64,000 bases of DNA from Raillietiella orientalis (lineage: Eukaryota): positions 2,046,001 to 2,110,000 of the forward strand of contig JAYWIR010000031.1 of NCBI GenBank assembly GCA_036172245.1, written 5' to 3'. The notes under the pieces are model-generated. The model saw nothing but the letters and a program-made list of their open reading frames with translations. It was not told where the DNA came from and made no database searches. Below, piece after piece: positions 37,697-62,553 of the stretch. Position 1 is the stretch's first letter, and each line of letters starts with the position of its first letter. Made by a program: the position numbers and the translations under genes.

Positions 37697-40600
37697 ATGC
37701 TTCCATTCAATCCAAGCCAGCAAAAAATTGCCGAAAAGTTAACTATTTTGAATCATAGAGGCATTGGTATGCTTACAAGGATATATAACATTAAAAAGGT
37801 TTGTTTTGATTCAATACATTATATTACATGGAATCCGAAATATATATTTTATATATTTTGCGTTTTCTAGAAATTATTGTACAAATGAGATTCTCCGTTT
37901 TATTTGATACTTACTTTCTTCAAGTACTTGTGACCAGTTTTATTTTTGGCTATGTAGTTTAATTGAAATAATTTGTGGTCCTTTGTCTTGACATTTAAAT
38001 ATTTTCCTTTAGTGATGATTTTGCCCTCTTTTAAGAGTATATATCTCTTTCAGGCATGTGTGGATCCAAGCTCCAAGCCCAAGTTCTTATCTGAGAAAAA
38101 ACTGGAATCATCAATCAAGTACATTAATAAGAAATTTCCCAATATTGATATTAAGGCTGTAAGTTGTTTCATATTGAATTATTAATATTCACCAAAGTAG
38201 TTTTTTTTTTAAATCATAACTTTATAATTATTGTTTTTGAGTGCTTTTCATTTTGAAATCAAATTTTCTTGCTTATTGTGAACAAAAAGTTGCATTAACT
38301 ATTTGATTCATGTCATGATATTGATGACAGAGTTTCATTCAGTTATAAGGAATCACTGCATTTGTTATTCCAAAAGTAATTTTGATAGTAAGTCAGTATG
38401 TGGACAGTTGAAAGTGTAGATTTTGCAGGCATCTTAGATGATTCACTAGTTAATTATTAATTTGTTTTAGCTACAACCTGTTGCTGAATATAGAATAGAT
38501 ATTATGAAATCTTTATCTGTTTACTACAATACATTTGTTGACATATTAGATTTTAAAGATAATGTTGCAGAACTGCTGACATTAATTGACATATGTCAGC
38601 CAATTCTTGATATTGTAAGTATATTTGAAGGCAGAATAATTATAAACAAGTATACCATAGAATCTAAACTATGATCTCACAAAAAATTATTTGGATCTTG
38701 TTGTCTTATATACAATCCTTGTCTTACTTATTTCCAAAGTTGAAGATAGGAAGATTGCTTTGGGATTATATAATGCAGCTTATGAAATGAACAATCATCA
38801 AACGTAAAACAATAACCAACATGTTTTTAATATTTATTATAAGGGTTATTATTTTTAGTGATCCTAATTATTATCGTATGGGTAAAATGATTGTTGATTA
38901 TGAGCAACCATTTAAGAAACTTGTTGAAGAATTTGCTCCACATTCTCAAGTATTAAATGTTGCATTGTTTTCATTGTATGATGTTTACATGAACAGAATT
39001 AAGATCTTAGACAGCTGGAGGTAAGAGAATTGCATGTCTTTATTTTATTATTTTTATTTCTTTTCCTTTTTCTTATTATTTATATCATATTTCATTTAAA
39101 ATTTCGAACTGTTAGAATATGTTATAGGATGTATTTGATTTTTTTCTTCCTTCTCATCAGGAATTCTTCATTTTTATCGGTGACACTTAATTCACAGCAG
39201 ATTTTAACACCAGATAGAAACACTATTTTCCCAGCTGTAGCATGTGAATATCTTTCTCAAGAAACTTTTGAGAAATGGATCATATGTAAGTGATTGTACT
39301 GAAACACCATTTTAAATTATGTTCTATAATTTAGTTCTTACTGTGAGTCTGTAATGAACTGAAAAGATGTTACTTGAAATAATAAAATATTCAACTTCTG
39401 AATCTGAAAAGTACTGCCTTCTTATCTCAAATAAGTTGTAACTGTAAATGGTATCCAGTACATAGCATGGTAAATGATTCTGAACAAACAAATAAAATTC
39501 TTTTTACACCAGTATCCATCATTGTCTTTGAGACCTTTCGAATTTTTAAGTGTACATGTAATGTTGGTAATTGTATGTTTATGTAATCACGATTCCCTTT
39601 ATCACTATTGTATTTTTGCATGATACAAAATACAATTTTTATCACAAATTTTGCATTGTTATTGTGTGTGTTTTTTTTTTGACATGCTGATTAATGGATG
39701 CAATGCAATTAGCATGTAGTCATCAGGCAAACTTCATTTTGATTTTCATAAGTTATTTCTATTTTATCTGCATTGTTCAGGATTTTTTATTTGGCAACTA
39801 GCTTTTTGGCAAGAATTCTGCCTTGATTTCATCAGTTATCTTTGTATTCAATTCCTTTATGAATCTTTTCTTTTGTGACTTCACAAAAGTGCTGATTTGA
39901 TTGGTTCTAACCTTTGATACGTCTTTTTATCATGAATTGTTGTGAGCTTTCAGTCATTGGAGTACTCTGCTAGATTGGGAAACTGCATAAGCAAAATGGT
40001 TGTTTCATCATCTTATTTCTCATGTTGATTTGGTACTAATTCATTAAGTCTTTAAATATCTTTAAATATTTTTCATGTCAGTTGCATTTTAAATGCATCC
40101 CAGATCTTCAGTATTTTTTAAGTGTTCAATTTCATCTTTATCACTTTTGTATTCTAATCATAATTTTTAGAGCATTTGCAATGATTTTAAATTTTTGCTT
40201 CAATATTAAATTTGAAGTTTTTTCTTGAAGATAACATCCTCAATTGATATTTTTTACAATTAACACTTCAGTTGGATTTTTGTTATGTCCAAACCGTTTG
40301 AGAGATTCAAAAGCTAGTGAGATGTGGACAAAAGTGCTTCAAAACAGCTGGTTTGTGACACTGTTTCGCGATGAAACTATATGCATCCATAATGGAATTT
40401 CAAATTTTTTCGAGAGTCTTAAAGGATTTGCCAAAAAATCATCAGAAATCAAGGAGCTTTATAATTTTGCCATTCAAAATGCGTAAGAAATTCTGGCATT
40501 ATATCTCCTTATGACATTACCTATTACTTGCAATTTCACTTGAATAATAAATAAGTAAATCTATTCCATTTTTAAAAACCATGTATTTCAGGCCTCATCT

Positions 40601-43600
40601 CCACAGAGAAAGAAGAAAATTTCTACGAATTGCCTTGCGAGAACTGAGTTTGCTATTTCTAGATCAGCCAGGTCTTCTAGGACCTAAAGCTTTGCTTGTG
40701 TTTGTTGCACTATCAACAGCACAATATGAAGTTATGTGGTTGCTTCGTCACAGTGAACATTCTCAAAGAAGAAACTGTAAACTGAAATCTGCAGAAGATT
40801 TGGTTGATAGACTTTTACCTGAAATTTTATTTTACATGGAAGAACTTCGAGGTGAAGATTCAATAATTGGTTATTTTATATATTTTTTTTTCCTTTTTAG
40901 CATTATTGAAGAAATATAATATAATCTTACAGTTTTATTATGTGCAGTTTTTGTCGGGACAGGATTCTGTTATACTTAATCAAGTTATTCAGCAAATGGG
41001 GAATATTCCTGAAGATGATAGCATAATTCTTTCTTCAATTCATAATGAGATTTCTTCTCTTAATATAGAACAAGGTAAGAATTCTACTCTTATGTAGGGA
41101 AACCTATGTATGTTTGGAGGGCATATATTGTTTAAAATGTTTATTTCAGTTCAAGCAAAAGAAACATTGGATTTCCAAAGCATCAAGTTAGATTGGTTTC
41201 GATTGCAATCATATACTTCACTCAATAAAAGTGCCCTAAAATTGAGTGAAAATAAAAGTTTGGCTGATATTATGAATACTATTGTGTTTCATTTACACAT
41301 GATAGATGGTTTGGATGAAATGTTTCTTCTGACTTCGGATTTATCATCTTTCTGGTAACAGTTAGATATTAGCCATGTGAAATTTGCATATTTTTCCAGT
41401 TTCTATAACAACATGTTTGAGGCAAACTTTCGTATGTGTTTAGAATTTCCTGCCCAAAATCGTTATATTATAGCATTTCCTTTAATTTGTGCACATTTTC
41501 AAAATTGTGTACATGAACTCTGCCCAGAGGAGGCCAGTTAACTAATATGATAACAATTATATGTTTGGAATTTACAGATGCAGCAGATTCGAGACAGAAG
41601 TGTCTATCTTGCTAATAGTTTCTTAGATGAACTGGCTCAGGAAGCCAAAAATATTATCACTGCTATATGCAATGAACATTGCTTAATGAATGATAAAGTA
41701 ATTTCTCGGGGAAATAATTATATAATATTAGTTTCATTTTTCTAGTTAATGCCAAAGCATAGTATTGATTTAGTATTAATTAGACATAAAAAAGAAAAAT
41801 CAAGGAAACATGTTGATTCTGATAAACCTGGTATTGAAAGTTATAGGAAAACTCGAGAACAACTGACTAGGTAAGCATTCTCATTTCTATTTTTGGATGA
41901 AGTTACATTAATTAATAAATGTGAGTATGATCTTGAAACATTTTTACGAATTACGCCACCAAAAACATTTTCCCAATAGTAAATCCATGATTTAGACAGT
42001 AGATTTATTAGACATTAGTTAGATAGATTTGTTAGATTCAGTTATCTATTTGTATAAACAGGAATTCTAGTTAAATTTTAATCAAACCATCTATTTACAA
42101 AAATTTGTAATCTGTAAGCAAATGACTGCTTTACTTTTATTATCAAATTTTCACTATCTAATTTATAGGATGGATAAATTGCATATGGCTTTGACTGAAT
42201 TGTGTTTCGCGATAAATTATTGTCCTACTGTTACAGTATGGGATTATGTATTTTCTCCAAGAGAATATTTGACACAGCATTTAGAAAATCGCTTTTCTAA
42301 AGCACTGATAGGTATGTTGAAATATAACAATGAAACCAAAGAGATTGCAAAGCCTTGTGACTTACTCATGAATGTCAGGTCATACATGGACGTTTTCCAA
42401 AGCCTTGAAAATTATGGTAAGAAAGCAATTCATTTAAACATAAAAGACATTTTATCAATTTTTTTAGTACATATTGACATAACAAGAGTTTTTAATTGTG
42501 TCTTATTGCAACAAACACAACAATACGATAGTAATGGAGAAAAAACCATTGCATCTTTGTACACATCCTGGTATGATGATGAGGGTATGGGGAAATTGAT
42601 ATGATTTCTGGTTCATTTGCTTTAGGTATTCTGAAACTTTTTTGAGACGTGTTAGTATTGGAAATATAGTGTACTCTCCAAGTCAACATGCATTTGTTAA
42701 TCTGAATAACGATGGTAATTTCTTATTCACTGCAGAGGAATTCACAGATGTCAATGAGATGCGTGCATTGGTTCATTTATTGGGCCCCTATGGAATTAAA
42801 TTATTGTGTGAAACTCTAATGTGGCAAATAGCTGGTCAAGTCCAGGAATTGAAAGTATACATTTAAAATCGAATTATTTAACATCTAATTTCGCGTATTT
42901 AGAAACTTGCAAAGCAAAATAGAGACCATCTTATAAACATGAGAACCAATTTTGAAAAACCAAATATAATGAGAGAGCTTTCGAAGAGATTGTGCTGTAA
43001 GAATAAGAATATTTGAATTGATATCTAAATATATGAATTTACAGCTGTTGATGATGTACTACAAAGGATGACAATTATTGGAGTTATCCTTCATTTTCAC
43101 CAGCTGATCCAAGATTCACTGAATTATGTTCTCACTAACCAAATTCCGTTCTTGATGTGCTCGGTGGAGGATTTTTGGCTTCAGCTGGATACTGGAGGAA
43201 ATATGGTTAGTACTGTAGATAACACATTGCTTATAAGTGTTTACTGATTTGTAGGTACTTCAAGAATTGTGTTCTGCAACTGGTTTTCAATGCAAAATTT
43301 ATCCTAGTCTAATTAATGCACTGCAACAGAATGAAGGTATGTACAATTGCCAGTAATGAAAGAATAATAAGTCCTTAACTGCCAGCGGATTCTGAAGAAG
43401 ATTATTTTCTTTCTTGTCTGCTATTAGTATTTGTAGCAGTGTCATTGCCAAGACTGGCCAGAAATGACAATTCAGTATACCGGCCCCATTTGGAAGCTCA
43501 TACAAATAACATTCACTGTTTGGGCATTGCAATTAATCAGATTTTTACTAATCTCTTCACAATGCACGAACATAATGATGTGACCAGTAGACTTAAAGAA

Positions 43601-43940
43601 TTTTTAGCAGTAAGTAATTTGTAAAATTCCGTCTTGCAGATTTTGTGAATTCAGGTAATGTGTATTTAATTTTTAGCTGGCATCATCAACTTTGTTGCAT
43701 ATTGGACAAGAAGCAGATAAGGATGCAACAAAGTGCCGTGAATCCATATATTTGGTCTTAGATGAAGTGAGTTACGTGTTTGTGCTAAAAATTAAGTTAT
43801 TATCATTTTGCATATAGATTGTTAAGGAATCATCATTTTTAACCATGGATCTCTTGGAATCTTGTTTCCCATATGCATTAGTGCGTAACGCATATCATGC
43901 TGTTTGTAAACATGAAGCAAAACAAGTTGAAAAAAGCTGA
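37697..43940 (+). CDS. NCKAP1: Nck-associated protein 1 / Hem (WAVE regulatory complex subunit), multi-exon
   Basis: Starts [56 protein letters not shown]. Internal [15 protein letters not shown]...[11 protein letters not shown] and [17 protein letters not shown]. Ends [34 protein letters not shown] at 43940. Confidence 0.96.
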
Positions 43941-44026
43941 TTTTAAATAATTATCATCTAAAACCTGTTTTGACAGAAAACATATCTTGTTAAATATACT
44001 TTATACATTCAGTAAATATATGTAAA

Positions 44027-44859
44027 TTATTGATGAGGAAAACTACGGAGCAATATAGAAATTCGTCTTTCTCTTGGGATGGGTTTTTGCTTCCACAAGG
44101 AATCTTCGTTTTTCAAAATTTCATGTGTGTATTCATACCTCACATTATTTCTACCAGTTCTCTATAGGTAACTTAAATGAATACATTCGTATTTACCTCA
44201 TTATGTACAAAGAATATCTTTCAAGCAAGACGTCAGTCACAAATTTGTCATTTTGATGTGTAAACCTCATTACTGCAGTTGACAGCATGGACAATCCACA
44301 AATTGTATCACCACAGTACTTTTATAAAATATTATAAGAAAATAACATAAACTTTAATAGCTCCTTACATCTGCGTTGTCTATATGCGGTTTAATGTAGC
44401 CATTCTTGTCTAAATCAAGCACATGGGCAAACTCTAAAATGAATGTATCTTTAGGAAAAGCAGCTTTTTGCATTTTATTCAGGATCAGTTCATTTTCAGG
44501 ATTCCACTTTGCTTTCTGTATTTCTCTGTAACCATGTATCGCCTTAATGAGGACACAACTTACACGTTTGACTACCGACAAATTTGCATACGTACATTAT
44601 CCCAGTGATCATACTCGTACCTAATTTTTTTGAATGACCCTTCAAGCTCATTCATCAAGCTTTTCTCTTCTTCATAATCGATGAAATTTGGAAGCAGCAA
44701 CATGTTTCCCATAAAGTTATTTTGAAGTTCGATATTTTGGCTATTATGACTGTAGTAACCATCAATGATATATTTGCATCCTCCATTGCTATTCCTATCA
44801 TTACATCTGGAACTGCCATGAAATTTTCTGATTGTGTTTCTCAATATTGCTGTAATCAT
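44027..44859 (-). CDS. ALKBH7: Alpha-ketoglutarate-dependent dioxygenase AlkB homolog 7 (mitochondrial), 4 exons
   Basis: PNFIDYEEEKSLMNELE...RYEYDHWDN|AIHGYRE...HVLDLDKNGYIKPHIDNAD|YCGDTICGLSMLSTAVMRF...RYSLYIMR|NNVRYEYTHEILKNEDS...PRERRISILLRSFPHQ*. The HxD...H iron ligands are present. The Arg/Ser-rich N-terminus is compatible with a mitochondrial presequence. Confidence 0.93.
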
Positions 44860-45334
44860 AACTAGGATTCATATCATATCAAACCATCGCTACGTATATG
44901 ACGTTGTGTGGCACACTAGCTTTCCTTATGAAGACCAGTGGGTATAAGGATTCTTTGAACCCTCAAACTAATGCTCTTAGCATCGTCTTGTAGAAAGCTC
45001 AGTGCTTCGCAATCACCGTGATTTTAATTATTATAAAAGAAATCAGTGACTTCCCATCATGCAGTGCTATTCTGTAGGTGAAATGCATTCAAGGTTTTTC
45101 GAACGTTATTCAGTCTTCGAAATTTTTCGAGTTCCCATATACTATAATGATACAAGTAGAACATGTGTCTCACAAGAATAAGTCCCAAAGAACTTTTTAA
45201 TGAAATAATATTTTTTTTTACACAATTTTCCGAGTCACATACAACGACCAAGATGCTTAGCGGGGATGAAATTCATCTGATGAGCTGAAAAATATTTCAA
45301 ATCTATTTTGAATGAAATCATGTATTTGCTTGAT

Positions 45335-45517
45335 TCATCATTCAAGTTCCTTTTCCAGAACACTCAGATTCTAGCATCCTTTCTCGTTTAAAGTATTCTT
45401 AATCCTTGGGAATTCCTAAATCAGAATTTCATCAAAGTAACAGATGGCTAACTGATCAGACTGTGATTGCTTTAGATTGACTTTGACATTGACAACTCTT
45501 TCGACTTCATAGTGCAT
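45335..45517 (-). pseudogene. Degenerate chromodomain-like fragment
   Basis: The minus strand reads HYEVERVVNVK, then after stops and frameshifts EYF...KG...ESECS...W..NLN. This follows the chromodomain pattern YEVE.I...EY.VKWKG....E.TWEP..NL. Confidence 0.35.
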
Positions 45518-48500
45518 GGTGTTAAGACTAACTATTTCAAGTCCTACATCAATTTTTACTGATTTTAGTGGTTCACCAACAAAACATCAATAACTATTCC
45601 AGAGTTAATCCATATTGAATACTGGATTCAATAAGATTCATAGAGTGTATGCATCCATATAAACACAACACATAGAAAAATAAAGTTGGACCTTCAGAGA
45701 TGAGAATTTCGAAATTGTTTTACTTTGATCAATTAATTTCCATCAAATGTAGATTGAGTAAATGATTATGGAAAAAGGTTTCTTTGAGAATTTTGTAACT
45801 GTTCGTATTACTGTGTATCTAAATAGTAAATATTACAAGGTAAAAATTATTACACGATGGATGCAGGGATTAAAAAAATAATTTCAGTTTGTCTTTCCTG
45901 TTACCCAGGAATCAGTTTTGGGAAAGTGGATTTTTTTTTTTTATGAAAAGCAAACTTGAATTTTTAGCACTCTCGTTTTAGAGCTCCTTGTTTTTACAAA
46001 AAGGAACGTTGTTTTTCTTCCCATTTCCATGATGTCTTCCTCTTTATCTTTGAGAACACGTTATCCTCTAAATTCCTTCGAGAAAAGTGTTTTCAATCTA
46101 AAAATGGCATCCTTAAAATCTGTAAAAAAAAAATTCTTCCTTTGATGTATGCCTGGATGTCACTTGTATGTAATATACAATATTATTTTCGATACACGAC
46201 ACATCGAAAATGCATTGAATTTACCTATTCTGTAGACACATTTTTATTTTGTTTTTGTGTTGATATTAACCAGTCAAATACTTGTAAAAAACCTATGAAT
46301 ACAAAAATATGTAACTTGCTTAAAAAAAGATAAGAAACAATCATATTTATCCAGCTTTCGAGAGGTTTGCCTTTCAGTGAGTTTGAGATACTACATGGAT
46401 GATAAATCATAGCCCAAATTGAAGTGAGCATCATCTTCACAAATTACCAGCCCAAGGCAGATCTTCAGAATAGAGTGATAATTTTATTGAAAATAAAATA
46501 AATGACTGCTATGGAATTGATGGCATAAAAAATCAATACTTATCATCAAAGATGGAGCCCATAAAGTCATATAAGTATAGAATTACGAGTGTTTCTTATT
46601 GTGAGTATTGATGTACTTATTATTTGGAGCTTACGAGCACAGTCAATTTACTAAATTAAAAACGAAGTTTACCATTAACTAGCAATATTAGAGGTATCAG
46701 TAATTATCTGATAAATTAATTATAGATTATGTAAGCTCAAACAAATTTTGTCATGTCTGAAATGTGTACCCCAAAAATGTGAGAATAAACTCTTTTTAAG
46801 GGGTCGTTACCATTAACTACTTTTTTTTCGTTCAGATTTTATATTACCTTTGAGCTTTCGTGTCCGAGCTGAGTTTCAAGTTTCTTTTCATCTGATTAGC
46901 TGTACTGTCTGTTGTAACTACATGCCAACTAATGTGCTTGAAAATTATAGTTAGGTCATAGAGGAACTTTTTCCGTATTACTGTTCTACATTTATGAGCA
47001 ATTACTGTTCACATAGAATCGGGGAACTAGCAAAGACATTGCGAGTGCAGAAATGTCGTCCATTTTCTCTTAGCGCCCTACTAAAATGAAAAGGGCTGAG
47101 GACTGATGAAAACTACAAAACCAGAACGCTGTTTTCTAATGCTGATGCCTTTTTTTTTTTTTTTTTTTCCCCTTTCCTATCTTCAGCTTTCCTTATAACT
47201 CAGCTTTACTAATTTTTTTTTGCTTCATTTCCGTCCTTCTTCCTTTTGGATTGTTCTCTTTCACACTGGAAGAGTTCCGCCTGCATGACGCAACGAACTG
47301 ACACTTCAATCAAACTGAAGTAGTCCTTCAGTAATCATTTCAAAGTTTAGTTATAAATAAGAAAATAAAAGTTGTTTGTTATTTTATAAACTTAGACGTC
47401 AGAATAAACATGCCGAATTTACATGGCAAACGGGTATTGCATTCTTGCACCACCTATTTGCCTGGGCATACCTGCTGTTGCTTTTTTATTACCGTGCGAT
47501 TACGACAACGCTAACGTCGGGTCCGAGGTACCTCAATGCAACGCACGCTTGGTCCCGCACCAAAGAGCTACCAGGAAGTGCCAAGTCCCGACTTCTGTAA
47601 TTACAGTATTATCTCCAATGTCATTCTTCAGGTGGGAGTAATTTCAAATGCTCCATCGTTGGCTTGTTTTTCCGTTTTAAGGAGGTGGACACCCTTATCT
47701 ACAACTTCTGGGAGTGGCGTGGATTTATGAAGCAAAACTGAACTTCTGGCAAATATGGGCAAAAGAGGACTCGAATTAATACAATATTTTTTTCCCTTCA
47801 GATAAAACAAGCTTGCCGAGTAACATTAATTTCAAAGTACTGATATCTTTATGTAGAGTGTTTACTTTACTTGATATAACTATTGCATGAAACAGCAGCG
47901 TAGATAAATAGTTAAATAATATTCGCTGAAATTTCAGTACGTCTGAAAATCATGAATAATTAAGCGGAAATTTATTTTGGCTTCGTGCTTCCACGATTCA
48001 TGATGCAATCTACTTTCGGATTATTTTTGTGTAATGGTTCCCTTAAATTCCTCACAAATTGCATGTCTCAGATGTTTCTTTGTGAAATCAAGTAATTTTA
48101 AAATGTTCGCATAAAACATTTGATTTTTATTTTGATAATACATCGGAAAGACTCAGCCGACTCGCTTAACTCAATTGGCCTATAGCGTTTACCTCCTTTG
48201 TGTTCAACGTTTGGGAAATGAAGTTACGAACGAACCTAAAAAAAGCTAAAATTTATTGGTCGTACTTACGTTTATTTCTTTTTCGAATTTTGAAATTACA
48301 TGTAGGCGATATGCATTGTACGAGTGGGTATCTTGCTTGATGATGGACGTTGTACAGAACCGGTGCATGCATCTTCGTTGTGAACTGATGTGCCTTTTTG
48401 ATTGTGAACTGTTGTTACTGATGTGCCTTTTTGATTAATTAGCAGTGGCCACTTCAAGGCGGATAAAGTTTCTATTGCATGTGTCATCACTAAGGCTGAG

Positions 48501-49705
48501 TTTACGAATTTTTTTTAATGATGGCAATATGCTTTAAGATACTTACAGAATGTTATCTGATGGAAGCAGATTTACTCCTCTGTCTAGTTTCAGCATTATT
48601 CAGACCGTACATCTTGAATAAAATGAAAAAGTTCTGTAATATTTGTGGGATTTACAGATCAATCCACAAGGTTGTGGTTAAGTAGCACCAAAATGTACGT
48701 AGATGAATTGATTTAAGCGCTCGTCATGTAAAATACAGAGCTCGGACTCCTGCTCTATGCCAGTATGTTAAAATGTAGCAAAACACTTTTTCCGTTAAAA
48801 TTAAATTGTTATTTTTTATGTGGACACTCCTTTAACATGTATACTATAAGCAATAATTAGAGAAAGCCTAACGTTATTGGTAAAACTTGAAAGTTATATA
48901 TTTTTAATACTACAGCTGAATGGTGATACTGTATTAACATAAAATGAGTTTTCATTTGTACATTTATGATCATTGTAGGAGACACTTCTGTGGATTTCTT
49001 AATCCCGTTTCATGTTATATATGCTTTAAATCAATCTTTCAGGTTTATATTGTAGAATTTCTTCCATTGTGTGGACTCCATCTTTACATAAATCCTGGCA
49101 GCAAATGAATCGTAGTTGTCACTTTACCATTCTATATTCTTCATGTTATCCAGATAAGAGTGAGAGTATTCCTTTGTATGCTCATAACCTACAAACGATT
49201 ATTTTTGATTTGGAATAAATGATGGGGAACTTACATACTTCACTTATCTCCCAGACCATCAAATTTTTTGTGCATTATTGACCTGTCTAAGTATCTGGTG
49301 TTAATAAAATTTGGTTTATATTGTTATCCAACTACATAGAAAGTTTACGCTTTGTCACTTCCACATTTAGACACACCACAGTTTACTTATCCCACAATAA
49401 GCATTTTCCTTTTGTGATCCACATTATTTGTATTTATTTCTTACATTCAGCCTAATTAAATATTAACTGATATGTTTAATTAACTCAAGTACGACTATTC
49501 TTATGAATTATACATTTATTTTAAAATACTTTTAAAAGCATGCTTCTTATTCATAATCAGGATGGTACCTTCCATAGTGATTCCACTGCAAGTTAGGTTT
49601 CAAATACAACAGAACGTTTCACTGGTAAGAAAATAATTAGGAAAACCAAAAGGAAGCATTTAAATTTCAAAATGCCTTAAAAAACAATTTATTTTGTAAA
49701 TAAAT

Positions 49706-60814
<11,109 letters not shown>

Positions 60815-61999
60815 TTCAATACAATTTTGAACAACAAATAAATCAAATGGATCACTTGTGACCGTTTTGTTATCTGTTGCACTTTTGTTGTGCCCGGTCA
60901 CTTTTGTATGCTTGCTTGCAATTCGCCCAATGTCTGTTAGTACCTATGAAAAATCTCTCCAAGCACACATTTTTGATTTGCTTTTGTTGGGAACTGAAAC
61001 ACACGTGCAAATTACTCTTACGAAAATTTGCATGAAACGTTCAACTTTGCAACAACACAGAATGTTTCGTATGTGAAAAGCATGCTGACAATGTACTCCA
61101 ATTAAACGGTTTATTGTAGATAATCAGTTGTGATCGACAAACAATTCTATTTGGATCTCATTCTCACTTTCTTCAACTGTGGTCATTACCGGCAGCCAAA
61201 GACGAGCGAATTTCCACAAAACTGAATTTCTTTGCATGTAATAAATGATCTTAAATAGAAAGTTCGCTTTCTTAAATGCTATCAAATATTTTCAGTGAAT
61301 GTATAGAACGACTGCTTATTAAATTTCTAACATTATTTACGCCAGAAAACTTAATGAAATTAAATGCTTTGATTCATTTAGTGAAACATCTGAAATTTTA
61401 TTTATAATTTTTCAACCAATCAGTGAATCCAACAGTAACGCTTTCAGGATGAATCTCCAGAATTCGTAATATCTCAGAAAGCCACTTTCGCTATAACTGC
61501 TTTCGATGTTATTAGCCAATTATTTTCCAGAATTAAATAGTGCCGCCTTGAGATCAAAATTAATGCAATCCTCTTATTTAATTAAAATTTTTTTATTCTC
61601 TTTAAATGAAGCTTGCCCTGAAAGATACCAAATAACTTTCAAACGTTAACTGCTTTTAAGATTTTGGTGGTAGACAGCAGTTGGTCTTTTTTGCTAAAAC
61701 AGTTACTAAACCTTGTGTGAATTAAAGCCCACTATTTAAATTTCATTACGAGGACGTCTAATGATGACTAGTTATGATATGTACATACATTTACTGCTAA
61801 CGCTGTTATATGTTTATTTCGTTTGGCAGCGCAATTTTCCAAAAGATACGAGTGGTATGCGGAATGCACTCAGAACGTGAATAATTCTTTGAATAGATCC
61901 GACTTAAAAGAATACGTCCTTAAAGCCAAAGAAATCCTATGTGATTTCTATGTTTATAAAACTTTGGTTTGTTTATGTGGTTGATGATAGGAAGATCCT

Positions 62000-62245
62000 T
62001 TACTGAACTTCTTTAAACAGACCACTTATCTTTTGCATATTACAAATTGTTAATACAACGCTCATTAAACCAGGTATAAAACAGGCCAAGCTATAGTAAT
62101 ACAAACTAGTACTAGATAGGCTGTAAACTAAAGTAAATGACAAAAAATATTTTATTGCAATAAATAACGCAATCTCCCTATTCATAGAAGAACCTCTCTA
62201 ATACATTTCCCAATAAATTCTTTAATTTTACCTACATTTTACCAT
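62000..62245 (-). pseudogene. Bacterial-type gene junction fragment: end of one ORF ([15 protein letters not shown]) overlapping by ATGA the start of a hydrophobic membrane-protein ORF; probable endosymbiont origin
   Basis: ATGA overlap at 62185-62182 with AGAGG just upstream. The intronless hydrophobic ORF MNREIALFIAIKYFLSF...LYYYSLACFIPGLMSVVLTICN directly abuts the dnaA fragment. Product not identified; a CAAX-protease-like N-terminus is only a guess. Confidence 0.45.
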
Positions 62246-62246
62246 A

Positions 62247-62471
62247 GTATTCACAGTGGAAAAGCGCGTGGCAAAATCTGTGGATCCAATACTAGGTAGT
62301 AACCCTTCATTTCTATATGATGGGGTGGGACTTGGTAAATCACACCTAATGCATGCTATAGCTTGGCATATAGTCAATTCTCCATCAGCAAAAAGAAAGG
62401 TGATATATTTATCAGCAAAAAAGTTTATGTACGAAGCAAAGACATTATGTTATTTAAAGAGCAATTTAGAT
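62247..62471 (+). pseudogene. dnaA: Fragment of bacterial chromosomal replication initiator dnaA (Wolbachia-like), frameshifted
   Basis: [62 protein letters not shown], then in a shifted frame [13 protein letters not shown]. This matches DnaA domain III ([20 protein letters not shown]...YLSAEKFMY...FKEQFRSVD). The [17 protein letters not shown] segment is as I recall it for Wolbachia DnaA. Confidence 0.9.
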
Positions 62472-62553
62472 GGCATATTGGGTAGGAAGTAAACCAACTT
62501 AATTTTCAAAGGTTCTATTGAAGAGCTAACCGTTGGAACAGAAAATGCCAAGC

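Noticed and set aside
43337..43385. U12-type branch-like TCCTTAAC (43372-43379) in an NCKAP1 intron
   Set aside because: The donor is GTATGT, not RTATCCTT, and the motif is closer to the AG than is typical; treated as a U2 intron.
48378..48436. Two-copy repeat ACTGATGTGCCTTTTTGATT (similar 2-copy duplications at ~21925, ~55545, ~57807)
   Set aside because: Only two copies with no spacer series; ordinary local duplications, not CRISPR.
62256..62492. Interpreting dnaA as an intact gene or the window as bacterial
   Set aside because: Internal fragment with a frameshifting deletion, embedded in intron-rich animal DNA.
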